Assembly: GCA_023253775.1 (NCBI GenBank)
Contig: JALRFI010000095.1
Location: 1-50,932, forward strand
Source: Crocinitomicaceae bacterium
GTDB lineage: Bacteria; Bacteroidota; Bacteroidia; Flavobacteriales_D; Crocinitomicaceae
Direction: 5' to 3'
DNA: 50,932 bases
Under the pieces are notes generated by a model. It was not told where the DNA came from, ran no database searches, and saw only the letters and a list, made by a program, of their open reading frames with translations. The translations under genes were made by a program, and so were the position numbers. Shown piece after piece: positions 1-10,732 of this stretch (within the stretch, counting starts at the first letter, position 1; each line of letters starts with the position of its first letter).

Positions 1-624
1 GATCTTGCTAAAGCTTACGCTGAGGACCTCAGACAAACGACCGAAATGATCGGGACGCATACGGAGGACCTAATGAGTATCATTATCCGCATGCCTGATA
101 TCTACATCAACGAGCGAGAAGAATTATCAGAAGACGAGAAGAAATGGCTTGTATCACTTGTGAAAGAAGCGTGTGTCGAGCTCAACTCATTCAGAAGAAA
201 AGAAGGAATTGCATTAGAGAACGAATTCAATGAGCGTATTGATGAGATCAGAACACTGCTCAACGATGTTCCCAAATATGAAAACGAACGCATCGAAACA
301 GTTCGCGAAAGGATCAAAAAGGGGCTTGATGAGATCGAGGTGAATGGCCTGGACAATAATCGTCTGGAGCAGGAACTCATCTTTTATATCGAGAAGCTGG
401 ATGTTTCAGAAGAAAAGATGCGTTTGAGTCATCACCTGGATTATTTCAATCAAACCATGAAGTTGGAAATGTCGGGGAAAAAACTCGGTTTCATTTCGCA
501 GGAGATCGGTAGAGAAATCAATACACTTGGAAGTAAAAGCAACCATGCAGAAATGCAAAAGCTGGTTGTTGGAATGAAGGACAGTTTGGAAAAGATCAAA
601 GAGCAGGTATTGAACACATTATAA
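1..624 (+). CDS. YicC-family stress-induced protein, C-terminal part (5' end lies outside the window)
   Basis: Frame 1 is open from nt 1, so the Met at 46 is internal. The C-terminal region (LSHHLDYF, ISQEIGREINTLGSKS) matches my recollection of YicC/DUF1732. The stop overlaps the gmk start (TAATG). Confidence 0.6.
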   Translation, partial: DLAKAYAEDLRQTTEMIGTHTEDLMSIIIRMPDIYINEREELSEDEKKWLVSLVKEACVELNSFRRKEGIALENEFNERIDEIRTLLNDVPKYENERIETVRERIKKGLDEIEVNGLDNNRLEQELIFYIEKLDVSEEKMRLSHHLDYFNQTMKLEMSGKKLGFISQEIGREINTLGSKSNHAEMQKLVVGMKDSLEKIKEQVLNTL

Positions 625-1211
625 TGAGCTTTACTACATCACAAGGGAAATGCATCATCTTTTCTGCTCCTTCCGGGGCTGGAAAAACTACGATCGTGCA
701 TGCATTGTTAAGCGATCCTTCGTTGAATCTATCGTTTTCTGTATCTGCTTGCAGCAGAGGGCCAAGACCCAATGAAACTGATGGTAAAGACTATTACTTT
801 TTGGGGATCGAAGGATTCAATCAAAAGATCAACGAAGGAGCCTTTATTGAGTGGGAAGAAGTTTACACAGATCACTTCTATGGAACGCTGCGCTCTGAGA
901 TCGAACGGATCTGGGCACAGGGGAAAAATGTAATCTTCGATGTCGATGTAGTTGGAGGTTTGAACCTTAAAAAAATCTTCGGAGAAAACGCGCTTGCGAT
1001 CTTCGTTCAGCCACCTTCGATTGAAACACTTGAAGTAAGACTAAGACATCGAAGCACCGAAACAGATGATAAGATCCGTCAGCGATTGGAAAAGGCTGAA
1101 AAAGAAATGAACAAAGCTTCTGAATTTGATGTGATCGTTGTGAATGATGATCTTGAAACCGCCATCCAAAAGGCAACATTCATTGTGAACGATTTTGTAA
1201 GTAACTCATGA
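624..1211 (+). CDS. gmk: guanylate kinase
   Basis: P-loop SAPSGAGKTT near the N-terminus, 195 aa, and DYYFL...FIEWEEVYTDHFYGT as in guanylate kinases. Confidence 0.9.
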   Translation: MSFTTSQGKCIIFSAPSGAGKTTIVHALLSDPSLNLSFSVSACSRGPRPNETDGKDYYFLGIEGFNQKINEGAFIEWEEVYTDHFYGTLRSEIERIWAQGKNVIFDVDVVGGLNLKKIFGENALAIFVQPPSIETLEVRLRHRSTETDDKIRQRLEKAEKEMNKASEFDVIVVNDDLETAIQKATFIVNDFVSNS

Positions 1212-1816
1212 AGGTAGGTTTGTATTTTGGAACTTTCAATCCGATACATGTCGGACATCTGATCATTGCAAATTACATGGCAGATTACACAGAGCTTGAT
1301 CAAGTTTGGCTTGTGGTCTCTCCTCAAAATCCATTGAAGGAAAAAAATTCGATCCTCGCTGACCATCACCGACTGGCACTTGTGAAGATCGCGATTGATG
1401 ACAACCCGAAGTTGAGGGCTACGGATGTCGAATTCAAGCTTTCCAAGCCAAGTTATACGGTGAATACCATGATCCACCTGAAGGAGCTGTATCCCGATCA
1501 TTCCTTCTCTTTAATTATGGGTGAAGATAATCTAAGAACACTGCACAAGTGGTACAATCATGATTATCTTTTGAAGAACCATAAGATCTATGTATATCCT
1601 CGTGCATTGACCTTTCAGGAGGAAAATGACATTCAGTCGGATGAGCCGAATCAATTATTGTTCAAGCATCCAAGCATTATTTTCTGTGACGATGCACCGG
1701 TCATGAAAGTATCTGCTTCTTTTATCCGAAATGCTATTAAGATGGGCAAGGATGTTCGTTACCTACTGACGGAATCCGTGATGAAATACCTGGACGAAAT
1801 GAATTTTTATCGTTAA
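1208..1816 (+). CDS. nadD: nicotinate-nucleotide adenylyltransferase
   Basis: N-terminal GTFNPIHVGHL (HxGH nucleotidyltransferase motif), about 200 aa, ATGA overlap with gmk. Confidence 0.85.
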   Translation: MKVGLYFGTFNPIHVGHLIIANYMADYTELDQVWLVVSPQNPLKEKNSILADHHRLALVKIAIDDNPKLRATDVEFKLSKPSYTVNTMIHLKELYPDHSFSLIMGEDNLRTLHKWYNHDYLLKNHKIYVYPRALTFQEENDIQSDEPNQLLFKHPSIIFCDDAPVMKVSASFIRNAIKMGKDVRYLLTESVMKYLDEMNFYR

Positions 1817-3588
1817 GGTTTCCAGACCTCAGGATATTTTTTACTTCGGAGCTCAACATTAGTGATCTCTATCTTTCCCTTATTGCCGTTGGGATTCCAC
1901 ACGTAAAGCTTGCTGCTTCCGGATTTCGGAATCGAAAATCTAAGCTCCTTTCCAATTTCTGATAATTCAAAAGAGATGTAGCCTCCTTCGTCTGATTCAA
2001 AAACCAGTGACGTCCCTTCTTCTGATCGAATTGAGTAGGTCAGTTCACTTCCTCTTTGCGTCGCTAACAGACCTTCAAATAAATTAATAAACTCCGTTTT
2101 GGATTCGAACATCTGATGTACGTCATCCATTCTCTTTGTGCTGACCTGATAGTTCGAAAGACCATCTGCTTCTGGAACATGCTGAAATAACAGAACCCCC
2201 TTAGGATCTTCTTCAGTTCCCTCATATAAAAACTCCCCGACAAGAATTAAACCTGGATTATTTCTCATCTCTTCAGCAGATCTTCCAGCCTCAACCGGAC
2301 CAAAATGGCTATCCCAGACAATAAAGCTTCCCTGGGGAATCTTCATTTTCAAGTCTTCTTGGATCTTATGAAATCCTGTAAATATTGCTCTACTCTTCTT
2401 GCTGAGCGGATTCTCATCCATCAGATGTGCGAGATATGGAAAATGATAATAGACCTTTTCGTTCCCTATTCCTTTTTCATTGATAAACTTCCAGGTGGAT
2501 TGAAGCTGTTTTTCCATTGGTTTGGCTAAAACTGGAAATTTTGGATTGATAACCAATGACCAGATAAAAGGAATCGATAATACACCGTAAACCCAGCACA
2601 CTCTGGATCCTTCTCTATGACTAAATCTTGACCAGTGTGTCATCTGGACGATCAGAAAAAGAGGCATCCCTTGTGTTGCAATCCGCGTCAAACCAATGGA
2701 TCCATTTTGTCCGGTTGCCCAAAAGTATGCATGCGAAAAAACTACCCCCACGAAAGTGCCATAGGCCAGTAAGGACAGATCGATTTCAAGTCCATCCATT
2801 CTTTTTTTAACCAATAGACCAATGGCACCAATCACCCCGAGAATCGACATGAATATCCCAGGATTACCTATGTAATTTCTGTAAGACGTAAAATAATGTG
2901 ACCATTCTCCCTTTCCATAAATGGCATTTCCCATGGAGTAGGGACTCTTGGTAAAATACCACAGCAGATCATGATGAGCAAACGCCCCAGCTATCGAATA
3001 AACGACAAAGCCAACCAGCAATATGGGAAAGTATTTCCACTCTTTGTTGTAGGCAAGAATTACACCTACAAGCAATACTGGCAATTGTCCTTCACTTCGC
3101 ATGAAGGGCATGAACGATACCAATAACGCCAGCCACAAGTATCTTTTCTGAAACAAAAACAAAGCGGCAACGATCAATGCAAGGTTGAACAAGGGTTCAG
3201 TTAAACCGCCCATGACTGTCAGACAATAATCTTTTGCTGTCAACAAGAAAAGAGGAAGAAGTGATTGAAGCCATGCTGAAACATTAAGCTTATCCAAAAG
3301 CTTGTATCCGATCAACATACTCGCAGAAAACACAAGTACATTAAAAATGATCATTCCAGAAAAGCCAAACTGGGCAAACGGAGAGCTTAAGAGAATAAAA
3401 ACCGGTTTTCCCCAATGATCAAAGAAATATGAAGGGTCCTGCCAGCTGATCTGAGAAATAAAGAAATGTGCTAAACCGTCGCCTGTATCGGCAGGTACTT
3501 CATTGCTAAATCCAAAAAATAAGAGCCATCCTGAAGCGAACAACCATGTCAGTATTCTGACCCATTTGCCGGCTTCGAGGTATTTCAT
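1813..3588 (-). CDS. polytopic membrane protein, possibly a GT-C-fold (PMT/ArnT-like) glycosyltransferase, with a C-terminal soluble domain
   Basis: The N-terminal ~340 aa is a run of hydrophobic helices with an early acidic loop (DTGDGLAHFF) reminiscent of GT-C enzymes. The C-terminal ~250 aa is hydrophilic. The family assignment is unverified. Confidence 0.35.
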   Translation of the reverse strand: MKYLEAGKWVRILTWLFASGWLLFFGFSNEVPADTGDGLAHFFISQISWQDPSYFFDHWGKPVFILLSSPFAQFGFSGMIIFNVLVFSASMLIGYKLLDKLNVSAWLQSLLPLFLLTAKDYCLTVMGGLTEPLFNLALIVAALFLFQKRYLWLALLVSFMPFMRSEGQLPVLLVGVILAYNKEWKYFPILLVGFVVYSIAGAFAHHDLLWYFTKSPYSMGNAIYGKGEWSHYFTSYRNYIGNPGIFMSILGVIGAIGLLVKKRMDGLEIDLSLLAYGTFVGVVFSHAYFWATGQNGSIGLTRIATQGMPLFLIVQMTHWSRFSHREGSRVCWVYGVLSIPFIWSLVINPKFPVLAKPMEKQLQSTWKFINEKGIGNEKVYYHFPYLAHLMDENPLSKKSRAIFTGFHKIQEDLKMKIPQGSFIVWDSHFGPVEAGRSAEEMRNNPGLILVGEFLYEGTEEDPKGVLLFQHVPEADGLSNYQVSTKRMDDVHQMFESKTEFINLFEGLLATQRGSELTYSIRSEEGTSLVFESDEGGYISFELSEIGKELRFSIPKSGSSKLYVWNPNGNKGKIEITNVELRSKKYPEVWKP

Positions 3589-4250
3589 TAAATTTCCATT
3601 TCTGGAACAAAATCAGGAACAACCAGGTCACCTTCGGTCAGAGATACGATCACTTCAACGGATACTCCCGGAGCTCTTTCGATCAAATGAAACTTCCCAT
3701 CCTTCACCTCAAGAACTGCAAGGTCAGAAACGATCTTTTTCACGCACCCAACTCCAGTAAGAGGAAGTGTACATTTCTTCAGGATCTTTGATTCACCTGC
3801 TTTATTTGCATGCATCATCGCTACGATGATATTGTCGGCCGAAGCAACAAGATCCATTGCGCCACCCATTCCTTTTACCATTTTGCCAGGAATCTTCCAG
3901 TTGGCAATGTCTCCTTCCTGTGAGACTTCCATAGCCCCCAATACAGTCAGCTGAACATGCTGTCCACGGATCATGGCAAAGGAAGTTGCTGAGTCAAAAT
4001 AAACCGCGCCTTTTCTCGCCGTAATGGTTTGTTTTCCGGCATTGATCAGGTCCGGATCTTCTTCTCCTTCAAAAGGAAATGGTCCCATTCCAAGGATCCC
4101 GTTCTCTGACTGGAATTCTACTTCAATTCCTTCAGGGATATAGTTCGCAACCAATGTAGGAATACCAATCCCTAAATTGACATACCACCCGTCCTTCAAT
4201 TCCTGTGCAATACGTTTTGCTATTCCGTTTTTATCAAGTGCCATATCCAT
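3588..4250 (-). CDS. scoB: 3-oxoacid CoA-transferase subunit B
   Basis: Carries the catalytic-Glu SENG motif (EFQSENGILGMGP), is 220 aa, and directly follows subunit A with a TAATG junction. Confidence 0.85.
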   Translation of the reverse strand: MDMALDKNGIAKRIAQELKDGWYVNLGIGIPTLVANYIPEGIEVEFQSENGILGMGPFPFEGEEDPDLINAGKQTITARKGAVYFDSATSFAMIRGQHVQLTVLGAMEVSQEGDIANWKIPGKMVKGMGGAMDLVASADNIIVAMMHANKAGESKILKKCTLPLTGVGCVKKIVSDLAVLEVKDGKFHLIERAPGVSVEVIVSLTEGDLVVPDFVPEMEI

Positions 4251-4948
4251 TAATTTCTTTGACGAACAGTACGTTGTTCGATTCGTTTTTCAAATTTTTC
4301 TCCTTTGAAGATCCTTTGAATAAAGATTCCCGGGGTATGAATGAAATTTGGATCCAGTTCACCTGCAGGAACCAACTCCTCAACTTCTGCAATGGTTATC
4401 CTCCCTGCCATTGCCATCATTGGATTGAAGTTTCTGGCAGTTCCTTTAAAAACAAGATTCCCTTCAGTATCTCCTTTCCACGCTTTCACGATCGAAAAGT
4501 CGGCAGTCAATGCGGTCTCCAGGATATGTGGTTTCCCATTGAAAATGCGCACCTCTTTTCCTTCCGCGACTTCAGTTCCATATCCGGCCGGTGTAAAAAA
4601 GGCAGGAATTCCAGCACCTCCTGCTCGACATCGTTCAGCAAGCGAACCTTGTGGGATCAGATCAACTTCTAATTCTCCTGAAAGCATTTGACGTTCGAAT
4701 TCCGCATTTTCACCTACATAAGAGCTGACCATTTTTTTGATTTGTCGCTGCTGTAATAAGAGCCCAAGTCCAAAATCATCCACCCCCGCATTATTCGAAA
4801 TACACGTTAAATCTTTTATCCCCATTTTCACAAGCTGGGCAATTGAATTCTCCGGAATCCCACATAGTCCAAATCCACCGAGCATCAATGTCATGCCATC
4901 TTGAATTCCTTTCAGCGCCTCTTCAACATTATTTACTACCTTATTCAT
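4250..4948 (-). CDS. scoA: 3-oxoacid CoA-transferase subunit A
   Basis: 232 aa with [13 protein letters not shown] and SNNAG motifs typical of family I CoA-transferase A subunits, paired with subunit B. Confidence 0.85.
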   Translation of the reverse strand: MNKVVNNVEEALKGIQDGMTLMLGGFGLCGIPENSIAQLVKMGIKDLTCISNNAGVDDFGLGLLLQQRQIKKMVSSYVGENAEFERQMLSGELEVDLIPQGSLAERCRAGGAGIPAFFTPAGYGTEVAEGKEVRIFNGKPHILETALTADFSIVKAWKGDTEGNLVFKGTARNFNPMMAMAGRITIAEVEELVPAGELDPNFIHTPGIFIQRIFKGEKFEKRIEQRTVRQRN

Positions 4949-7437
4949 TATATCCCAAAAATATTTCCATCATTCGTAGATACTCCTCCTTGATTATCTC
5001 CTTCACAACTAAATTGCTTTGGATCATAATTTTGAGGCACTTCGAAATCTGTTGTTGATAATGCCACAATCGGATCCTTGTATACTCGTTGCATGTAATA
5101 TCCATAGATTGGCAGGGCCATCCTACCTCCTTGACCCCATTCCATAGTTTTAAATCGTACAGAACGATCTTCTGCGCCGACCCAAACACCTGTTACTAAT
5201 TCAGGTGTAAGCCCCATAAACCATCCATCTGAATTGTTTTGAGTGGTCCCGGTTTTACCAGCGGTAGGATGATAAATGCCGCCCCATGATCTGCCCCCTC
5301 TTAGACTGCCTGCGGTTCCTCTATTGACAACACCCTTCATCATTTTCAGTGTCTCATAGGCTACATTTTCATTCAATACTTCCTTCGAGTAATTTTTCGC
5401 ACTGTAGATCACGTTTCCATTTCTGTCCTCAATTCTAAGGATAGTTGTGGGGCGATTGAAAATTCCATGGTTCGCAAAAATGCACTGGGCCGCCACCATC
5501 TGATACAAGGAAAGGTCCATGATACCTAAACACATAGATGGCACCTCATCCTCTGGACGAAGGTTTATTTCCACATCCTTCAGCAATTTGGAAATTGTTT
5601 TCGGACCGGCATATCCCCCCATTTTAGACATCACGGCCACGGTTGTTGGGTTTGAGGACATGGCAAGTCCCTCTTCAACACTTGAGGCTGCTTCACCTCC
5701 AGGGCACCACTTTCCGGTCACGTTTCCGCTCCCATCCATCAGATCCACACAATACGATATCGGTTCGAATTTCGTACAAGGTTTCACTACTCCCATTGCT
5801 AATGCAGTTGAATATACGAAAGGCTTTATCGTAGACCCCACCTGTCTTTTTCCAAGCTTCACATGGTCATAAGCGAAATGGTCAAAGTTGGCTCCTCCTA
5901 CCCAAGCCTTTACAAATCCCGTCTGGGGCTCTACTGAGATCATTCCTGCATGCAGGAATGATTTATAATAACGAATCGAATCGTTTGGTGTCATCACCGT
6001 ATCTACATCTCCATTCCATGAAAAAACCTTCATGTTCACAGCTGTATTGAAGTTCTGCTTTACTTCTTCATCCGTATATCCGGATGCGACCAAAGACTGA
6101 TATCTGCCTGAATTCCTTCGTGCTGTTTTCATGATCGAATTCACCTGCTCCTCAGAAAGATCATTCGAAAATGGCCAGTTCTTCAGGTTTTTGTTATTCT
6201 TATTGAATGCATCCTGTAAGGTTTCTTTAAGGTGTCTTGCGACCGCATATTCCGCATGCTTCTGAAGGTTTGCGTCGATCGTTGTATAGATCTTCAATCC
6301 ATCACTGTAGATATCATACGGCATACCATCGGCTCTTTTGAATGTGAAAGAACCATCATCATTTTTTTGCTTCAACAGATCCGTAACCTCCTTACGAAGC
6401 GACTCTCTAAAATAAGGAGCCATACCTCGCTTGTGATCTACAACCTGATAATCAACAATGATCGGTTTGTTTTTTAGCGCATTGTATTCTTCTTCTGTGA
6501 TCTTGTTTCTCAGGGCAGAATTCTCAGCTTTACTATTCTTCAACCATTGATAAAGCACTTGATTTCTTCTTTGAATGGCAAGCGATGAATCTTTTGCACG
6601 TGCTTCCATTACTTCTTCGCGGCTCACTTGTTCAGGAGCCACTCCATTTTTTGCGGCAATGCTTCTTCTGTAATTTTTGATCTTGTACGTGTAGGGATTG
6701 TACATTGAAGGATTCTTACACATTCCGATGAGCATGGCAGCTTCCTCCTTTGCCAGATCTTTTGGTTTTTTGTTAAAGTAGACCTTCGCTGCGTTTTCTA
6801 TTCCAACCGCATTGTATAAGAAGTCAAATTGATTGAGGTACATCGTGATGATCTCCTCTTTCGTGTATCGCTTTTCCAAACGAACGGCTATAATATTCTC
6901 TCTGGCCTTTTCGTTCAATCTCCTCATCGCTCTTCCCAGCTTACCACTTCCCCCAGTTTCCAAAACTTCACCATTCGCTCGAGCAATTTCTTCTCTTTCT
7001 CGTTGTTGCAATGTAAACAGCTGTTTTGCCAACTGCTGAGTAATGGTCGATGCGCCTCCGGCGCTTCCCATATTAGCTACTGCGCGTCCCAATGCCTTAA
7101 AGTCAACACCGGAATGCTCATGAAAACGCTCATCTTCAGTTGAGATCAACGCGTCAGTTACGTTCGGAGAAATGTCTTTGTAATCAACACTTGTTCTGTT
7201 AACACGCCAGTATCTACCAAGTTCTGTTGTACCATCTTCTGCATATACAACAGAAGCAAGTAGCTCAGGTGGATTATCCAACATCTCTACAGGGGGTAGA
7301 TCTTCCTCTGATTGCAAGAGCATAAGTCCTGTGATCGAAAGGAAGGGTATTGCTGAAAAGACCCAGAAAAGAATATTCAGTCTTTTCGTAGATTTTTCCG
7401 AGAATTGAATGGCTTCACCTTTCTTGCTCATGAGCAT
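4948..7437 (-). CDS. mrcA: class A penicillin-binding protein (PBP1A; glycosyltransferase + transpeptidase)
   Basis: GT51 motifs [12 protein letters not shown] and GASTITQQ, transpeptidase SxxK (STIKP) and KTGTT motifs, and an N-terminal membrane anchor. Confidence 0.9.
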   Translation of the reverse strand: MLMSKKGEAIQFSEKSTKRLNILFWVFSAIPFLSITGLMLLQSEEDLPPVEMLDNPPELLASVVYAEDGTTELGRYWRVNRTSVDYKDISPNVTDALISTEDERFHEHSGVDFKALGRAVANMGSAGGASTITQQLAKQLFTLQQREREEIARANGEVLETGGSGKLGRAMRRLNEKARENIIAVRLEKRYTKEEIITMYLNQFDFLYNAVGIENAAKVYFNKKPKDLAKEEAAMLIGMCKNPSMYNPYTYKIKNYRRSIAAKNGVAPEQVSREEVMEARAKDSSLAIQRRNQVLYQWLKNSKAENSALRNKITEEEYNALKNKPIIVDYQVVDHKRGMAPYFRESLRKEVTDLLKQKNDDGSFTFKRADGMPYDIYSDGLKIYTTIDANLQKHAEYAVARHLKETLQDAFNKNNKNLKNWPFSNDLSEEQVNSIMKTARRNSGRYQSLVASGYTDEEVKQNFNTAVNMKVFSWNGDVDTVMTPNDSIRYYKSFLHAGMISVEPQTGFVKAWVGGANFDHFAYDHVKLGKRQVGSTIKPFVYSTALAMGVVKPCTKFEPISYCVDLMDGSGNVTGKWCPGGEAASSVEEGLAMSSNPTTVAVMSKMGGYAGPKTISKLLKDVEINLRPEDEVPSMCLGIMDLSLYQMVAAQCIFANHGIFNRPTTILRIEDRNGNVIYSAKNYSKEVLNENVAYETLKMMKGVVNRGTAGSLRGGRSWGGIYHPTAGKTGTTQNNSDGWFMGLTPELVTGVWVGAEDRSVRFKTMEWGQGGRMALPIYGYYMQRVYKDPIVALSTTDFEVPQNYDPKQFSCEGDNQGGVSTNDGNIFGI

Positions 7438-7475
7438 TTAGTTTTGGTAAAATTAACGAATTATTTTTCTCTTTA

Positions 7476-8873
7476 TTACTGGAATACATCCTTCCGCTGA
7501 CTATCCAGTTTCAGTAAAATGAACATCATCATTGAAAAGGACATCATCGAAGATCCTCCATAGGAAAAGAACGGTAACGGAATCCCGATAACCGGAGCAA
7601 AACCGATGTTCATTCCAACATTAACGGCAAAATGATAAAACAGCACCATGGCCACAACATAGGCATAGATCCTATTGAATGCCGAGCGTTGTCGCTCTGC
7701 GATCACGATAATCCGCAAAAGCATGAACATGTACAAGAAGATCAACACAAAGGTCCCCGCAAACCCCCATTCCTCAGCAAAAGGACAGAAGATAAAATCG
7801 GTCTCACTTTCCGGTACGTGATTACTTTCCACACTGGACACAGACGCCTTGTTGTATCCTTTTCCAAAAAGCCCACCTGATCCAACAGCCGCCATCGCCC
7901 TGTTTCGGTTATAATCTTCCCCGTCCGGGTCTTCTTTTAACCCGAGAAACAATTCGATCCTTTCTTTCTGGTGATCTGCCAGGCTCTGAAATCCGGTGTT
8001 TACCACGAATGCAATTCCAGATCCCAGAATGAATCCTATCAAAACAATAAAGGTCACCCTTCTTCGATCTCTTTTCGTGGAAATGAATCTCAAAAACAAA
8101 AATGTAATCAACGCAAATACGGCAAGGGATATGACCACCCCATACATTCCCGGGATCTGAATCCCAGGCAACCATCCAAACTCGAGCGTTTCGTTACTGA
8201 TCAGCAAGGTTACCAAGCTCAAAAAGACAACAACGAATAGGATTGGAATAAAGTGACTGCCAACCCAGGTTTGTTTGAATTTAACTCCAGGTATACTATT
8301 GATCAAGCTTAAGATAATGGGATCATACGTGATTCCTTCCCGATACATCACGAAAAGGAAGGAGGTAAACACCACAAATGTCCCCGCATCGGGTTGAAGG
8401 AGGATCAATGCCATCGGAAACAAGATGATCAGGTTTGCAAGGATGACCGTCCTCACGTTTTGCTGCTTCACGTTGATCGAAGAGATGAATCTCGCCAATA
8501 CCAGTCCCGTGCCGATCTTGGCAAATTCGGCCGGCTGAATACCCATTGTCCCTATGCCGAGCCATGCTCTGGCACCATTGATAGGGGGCATAAACAATAC
8601 CACCACAAGTAATGAGAGGACAAACAGATAAATAGGTATGGCGAATTTCCGATAGATATCTGAGTCGATCAGAAACACCAGTAATCCTAGAAAAAGTGAT
8701 ACTCCGATCCACATTACCTGTTTACCGTATTTCTGAGAAAAATCGAAAAGACTTGGATGATCTTCCACAAGGGCTACAGAATAAACTGTAGCAAGACCCA
8801 TCGAGATCATGATCATGTATCCGATGAACAATGGCCAGTCAAGCGCGCCTACTATGGAATCCTGTTTTCTCAA
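7476..8873 (-). CDS. rodA: rod shape-determining SEDS protein RodA
   Basis: Polytopic FtsW/RodA/SpoVE-family sequence (PLPFFSYGGSSM near the C-terminus) immediately downstream of mrdA with a 4-nt overlap. Confidence 0.85.
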   Translation of the reverse strand: MRKQDSIVGALDWPLFIGYMIMISMGLATVYSVALVEDHPSLFDFSQKYGKQVMWIGVSLFLGLLVFLIDSDIYRKFAIPIYLFVLSLLVVVLFMPPINGARAWLGIGTMGIQPAEFAKIGTGLVLARFISSINVKQQNVRTVILANLIILFPMALILLQPDAGTFVVFTSFLFVMYREGITYDPIILSLINSIPGVKFKQTWVGSHFIPILFVVVFLSLVTLLISNETLEFGWLPGIQIPGMYGVVISLAVFALITFLFLRFISTKRDRRRVTFIVLIGFILGSGIAFVVNTGFQSLADHQKERIELFLGLKEDPDGEDYNRNRAMAAVGSGGLFGKGYNKASVSSVESNHVPESETDFIFCPFAEEWGFAGTFVLIFLYMFMLLRIIVIAERQRSAFNRIYAYVVAMVLFYHFAVNVGMNIGFAPVIGIPLPFFSYGGSSMMSFSMMMFILLKLDSQRKDVFQ

Positions 8874-10732
8874 TCTTTATACGTGAAAGTTGCCTCCATG
8901 ATCGTTTTTTCTCTGTCGATCTCCGTCACTTTTCTTGTTAGGTATTTTTCGATCATCAACCCTGCGGTTGGAGCAGCCCATAGCCCGCCTCCCCCTTTCG
9001 CATTTTCAATGAATGCTACGATTGCTATCTTCGGCTTATTCATGGGTGCAAATGCGATGAAAACGGAGTGATCTTCGCCATGAGGGTTCTGTACAGTTCC
9101 CGTTTTACCACAGACAACGATATCTTTTAATCTGGCGCGCCTTCCTGTTCCTCCTGGTTCGTATACCACACGGCGCATTCCCTCAATGACCACCTCATAG
9201 TGTTGACGATCTATCTTAGTGTAATGTTTCCGCTTGTATTGATCCATTGGACCCTTTCGACCAATAGACTTCACGAAGTGAGGAGTTACATACCATCCTT
9301 TATTCGCGATAGTGGCGGCCACATTCGCCATCTGCAATGGGGTGATCATAACCTCTCCCTGACCAATCGAGATTGATCGAATGGTTGAGAATGCCCATCT
9401 ATGGTGTCCGTACCAGCGATCATAATAATTTGCATCAGGGATATTTCCCGGACGAAGACTTGTTATATCCGTCTCCAGTTTTTCACCAAGTCCAAATCTA
9501 TGCATGTATTCTGCCCAGGTATTCAATCCAACTTCCGCATCTGCAAAGATGCTTTTCTTCTTCCCTTGCTGAATGATTCGTCGCATCACTGCATAATAAT
9601 AGGGATTACAAGAATGCTTTATAGCATCCATTAAGTTACCCGCGCTCGAGTGATCGTGACATCCTACTACAGACTTGTTACAGGGTGCACCAAATTCAGG
9701 CGTAATCACCCCTTCCTGAAGTGCAATCAATGAATTCAATAACTTAAAGGTAGATCCTGGAGGGTATTCTGCCGCCAGTGGTCTCGGGAACAAAGGTTTA
9801 CTAGGATCCATTACCAACTTCGGATAATTCATGGAGATGTTCCTTTTCCCGATCAACAAATTAGGATCATAGGTTGGTGCCGACACAAGTGCCAATATTT
9901 CCCCCGAGGAAGGTTCAATGGCCACAATGCATCCACGTTTTCCTTTTAATAACTTCTCTCCGTACGCTTGTAATTCGATATCTATTCCTAGGATAAGAGG
10001 ATCCGCCTGAACAGCAGAAGTATCATACTTTCCGTCTGCATATGGTTCAATAGCATTGTTCAGAGCAGACGTAACAATGTACCGAATTCCTTTTTGCCCT
10101 CTCAGGTTTTCCTCGTAAAACCTTTCGATTCCAGCCCTTCCAATATTGTATCCAGGGCGGTAATACGGATTTTCATCAATTTCTTCTCGGGTTACTTCTG
10201 CCAAATATCCAAGGATATTGGCTCCGTTTGCATATGGGTATCTTCTCATGCTGGTAACTTCCTCATAGAATCCTGGGAAATCATCCAGATGCGGAGCGAT
10301 CTTCGAGATCTCTTCCAGGGTTAATTCTTTCAAAAATGGATAGGCTCTTCCACTCTGATAATTGGAGGTTCGTTTTCCTGTATGTTTGTTGTAGTAAGTA
10401 CCTTCACCCTCAACGAGCTCTTTAAAACGAGCTCTTACTTCATCAACGGTCCATCCAAGCAGTTGAGCAAAGGCAACAGTGTCAAGATCCTTAATCTCTT
10501 TTTCCACCATCATCAAGTTGTAATAGGTGGTGTTCGAAACTACTTTCTTGCGATTTCGGTCAAAAACAACTCCTCTCGGAGGAATTATCTCTCTTCTTTT
10601 TTCAGCGATCTGCTGTGCACGAAGTGTCCACGAATCATCGATCACCTGCATGAAGAAAAGACGAATAATATAGATCATCCCCACGATCAGAACAAAGGCA
10701 ATGATTACATACTTCCGTGCATCCAGATTCAT
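8870..10732 (-). CDS. mrdA: penicillin-binding protein 2 (elongasome transpeptidase)
   Basis: N-terminal anchor, SxxK (STFK), and KTGT near the C-terminus (GKTGTVQ), positioned between mreD and rodA. Confidence 0.9.
   Translation of the reverse strand: MNLDARKYVIIAFVLIVGMIYIIRLFFMQVIDDSWTLRAQQIAEKRREIIPPRGVVFDRNRKKVVSNTTYYNLMMVEKEIKDLDTVAFAQLLGWTVDEVRARFKELVEGEGTYYNKHTGKRTSNYQSGRAYPFLKELTLEEISKIAPHLDDFPGFYEEVTSMRRYPYANGANILGYLAEVTREEIDENPYYRPGYNIGRAGIERFYEENLRGQKGIRYIVTSALNNAIEPYADGKYDTSAVQADPLILGIDIELQAYGEKLLKGKRGCIVAIEPSSGEILALVSAPTYDPNLLIGKRNISMNYPKLVMDPSKPLFPRPLAAEYPPGSTFKLLNSLIALQEGVITPEFGAPCNKSVVGCHDHSSAGNLMDAIKHSCNPYYYAVMRRIIQQGKKKSIFADAEVGLNTWAEYMHRFGLGEKLETDITSLRPGNIPDANYYDRWYGHHRWAFSTIRSISIGQGEVMITPLQMANVAATIANKGWYVTPHFVKSIGRKGPMDQYKRKHYTKIDRQHYEVVIEGMRRVVYEPGGTGRRARLKDIVVCGKTGTVQNPHGEDHSVFIAFAPMNKPKIAIVAFIENAKGGGGLWAAPTAGLMIEKYLTRKVTEIDREKTIMEATFTYKD

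Noticed and set aside
4205-4691. Plus-strand ORFs of 155 and 116 aa overlapping scoA/scoB
   Set aside because: These are antisense shadow ORFs inside strongly supported CoA-transferase genes. Their composition is Ser/Pro/Phe-rich and low in complexity, and they contain no motifs.
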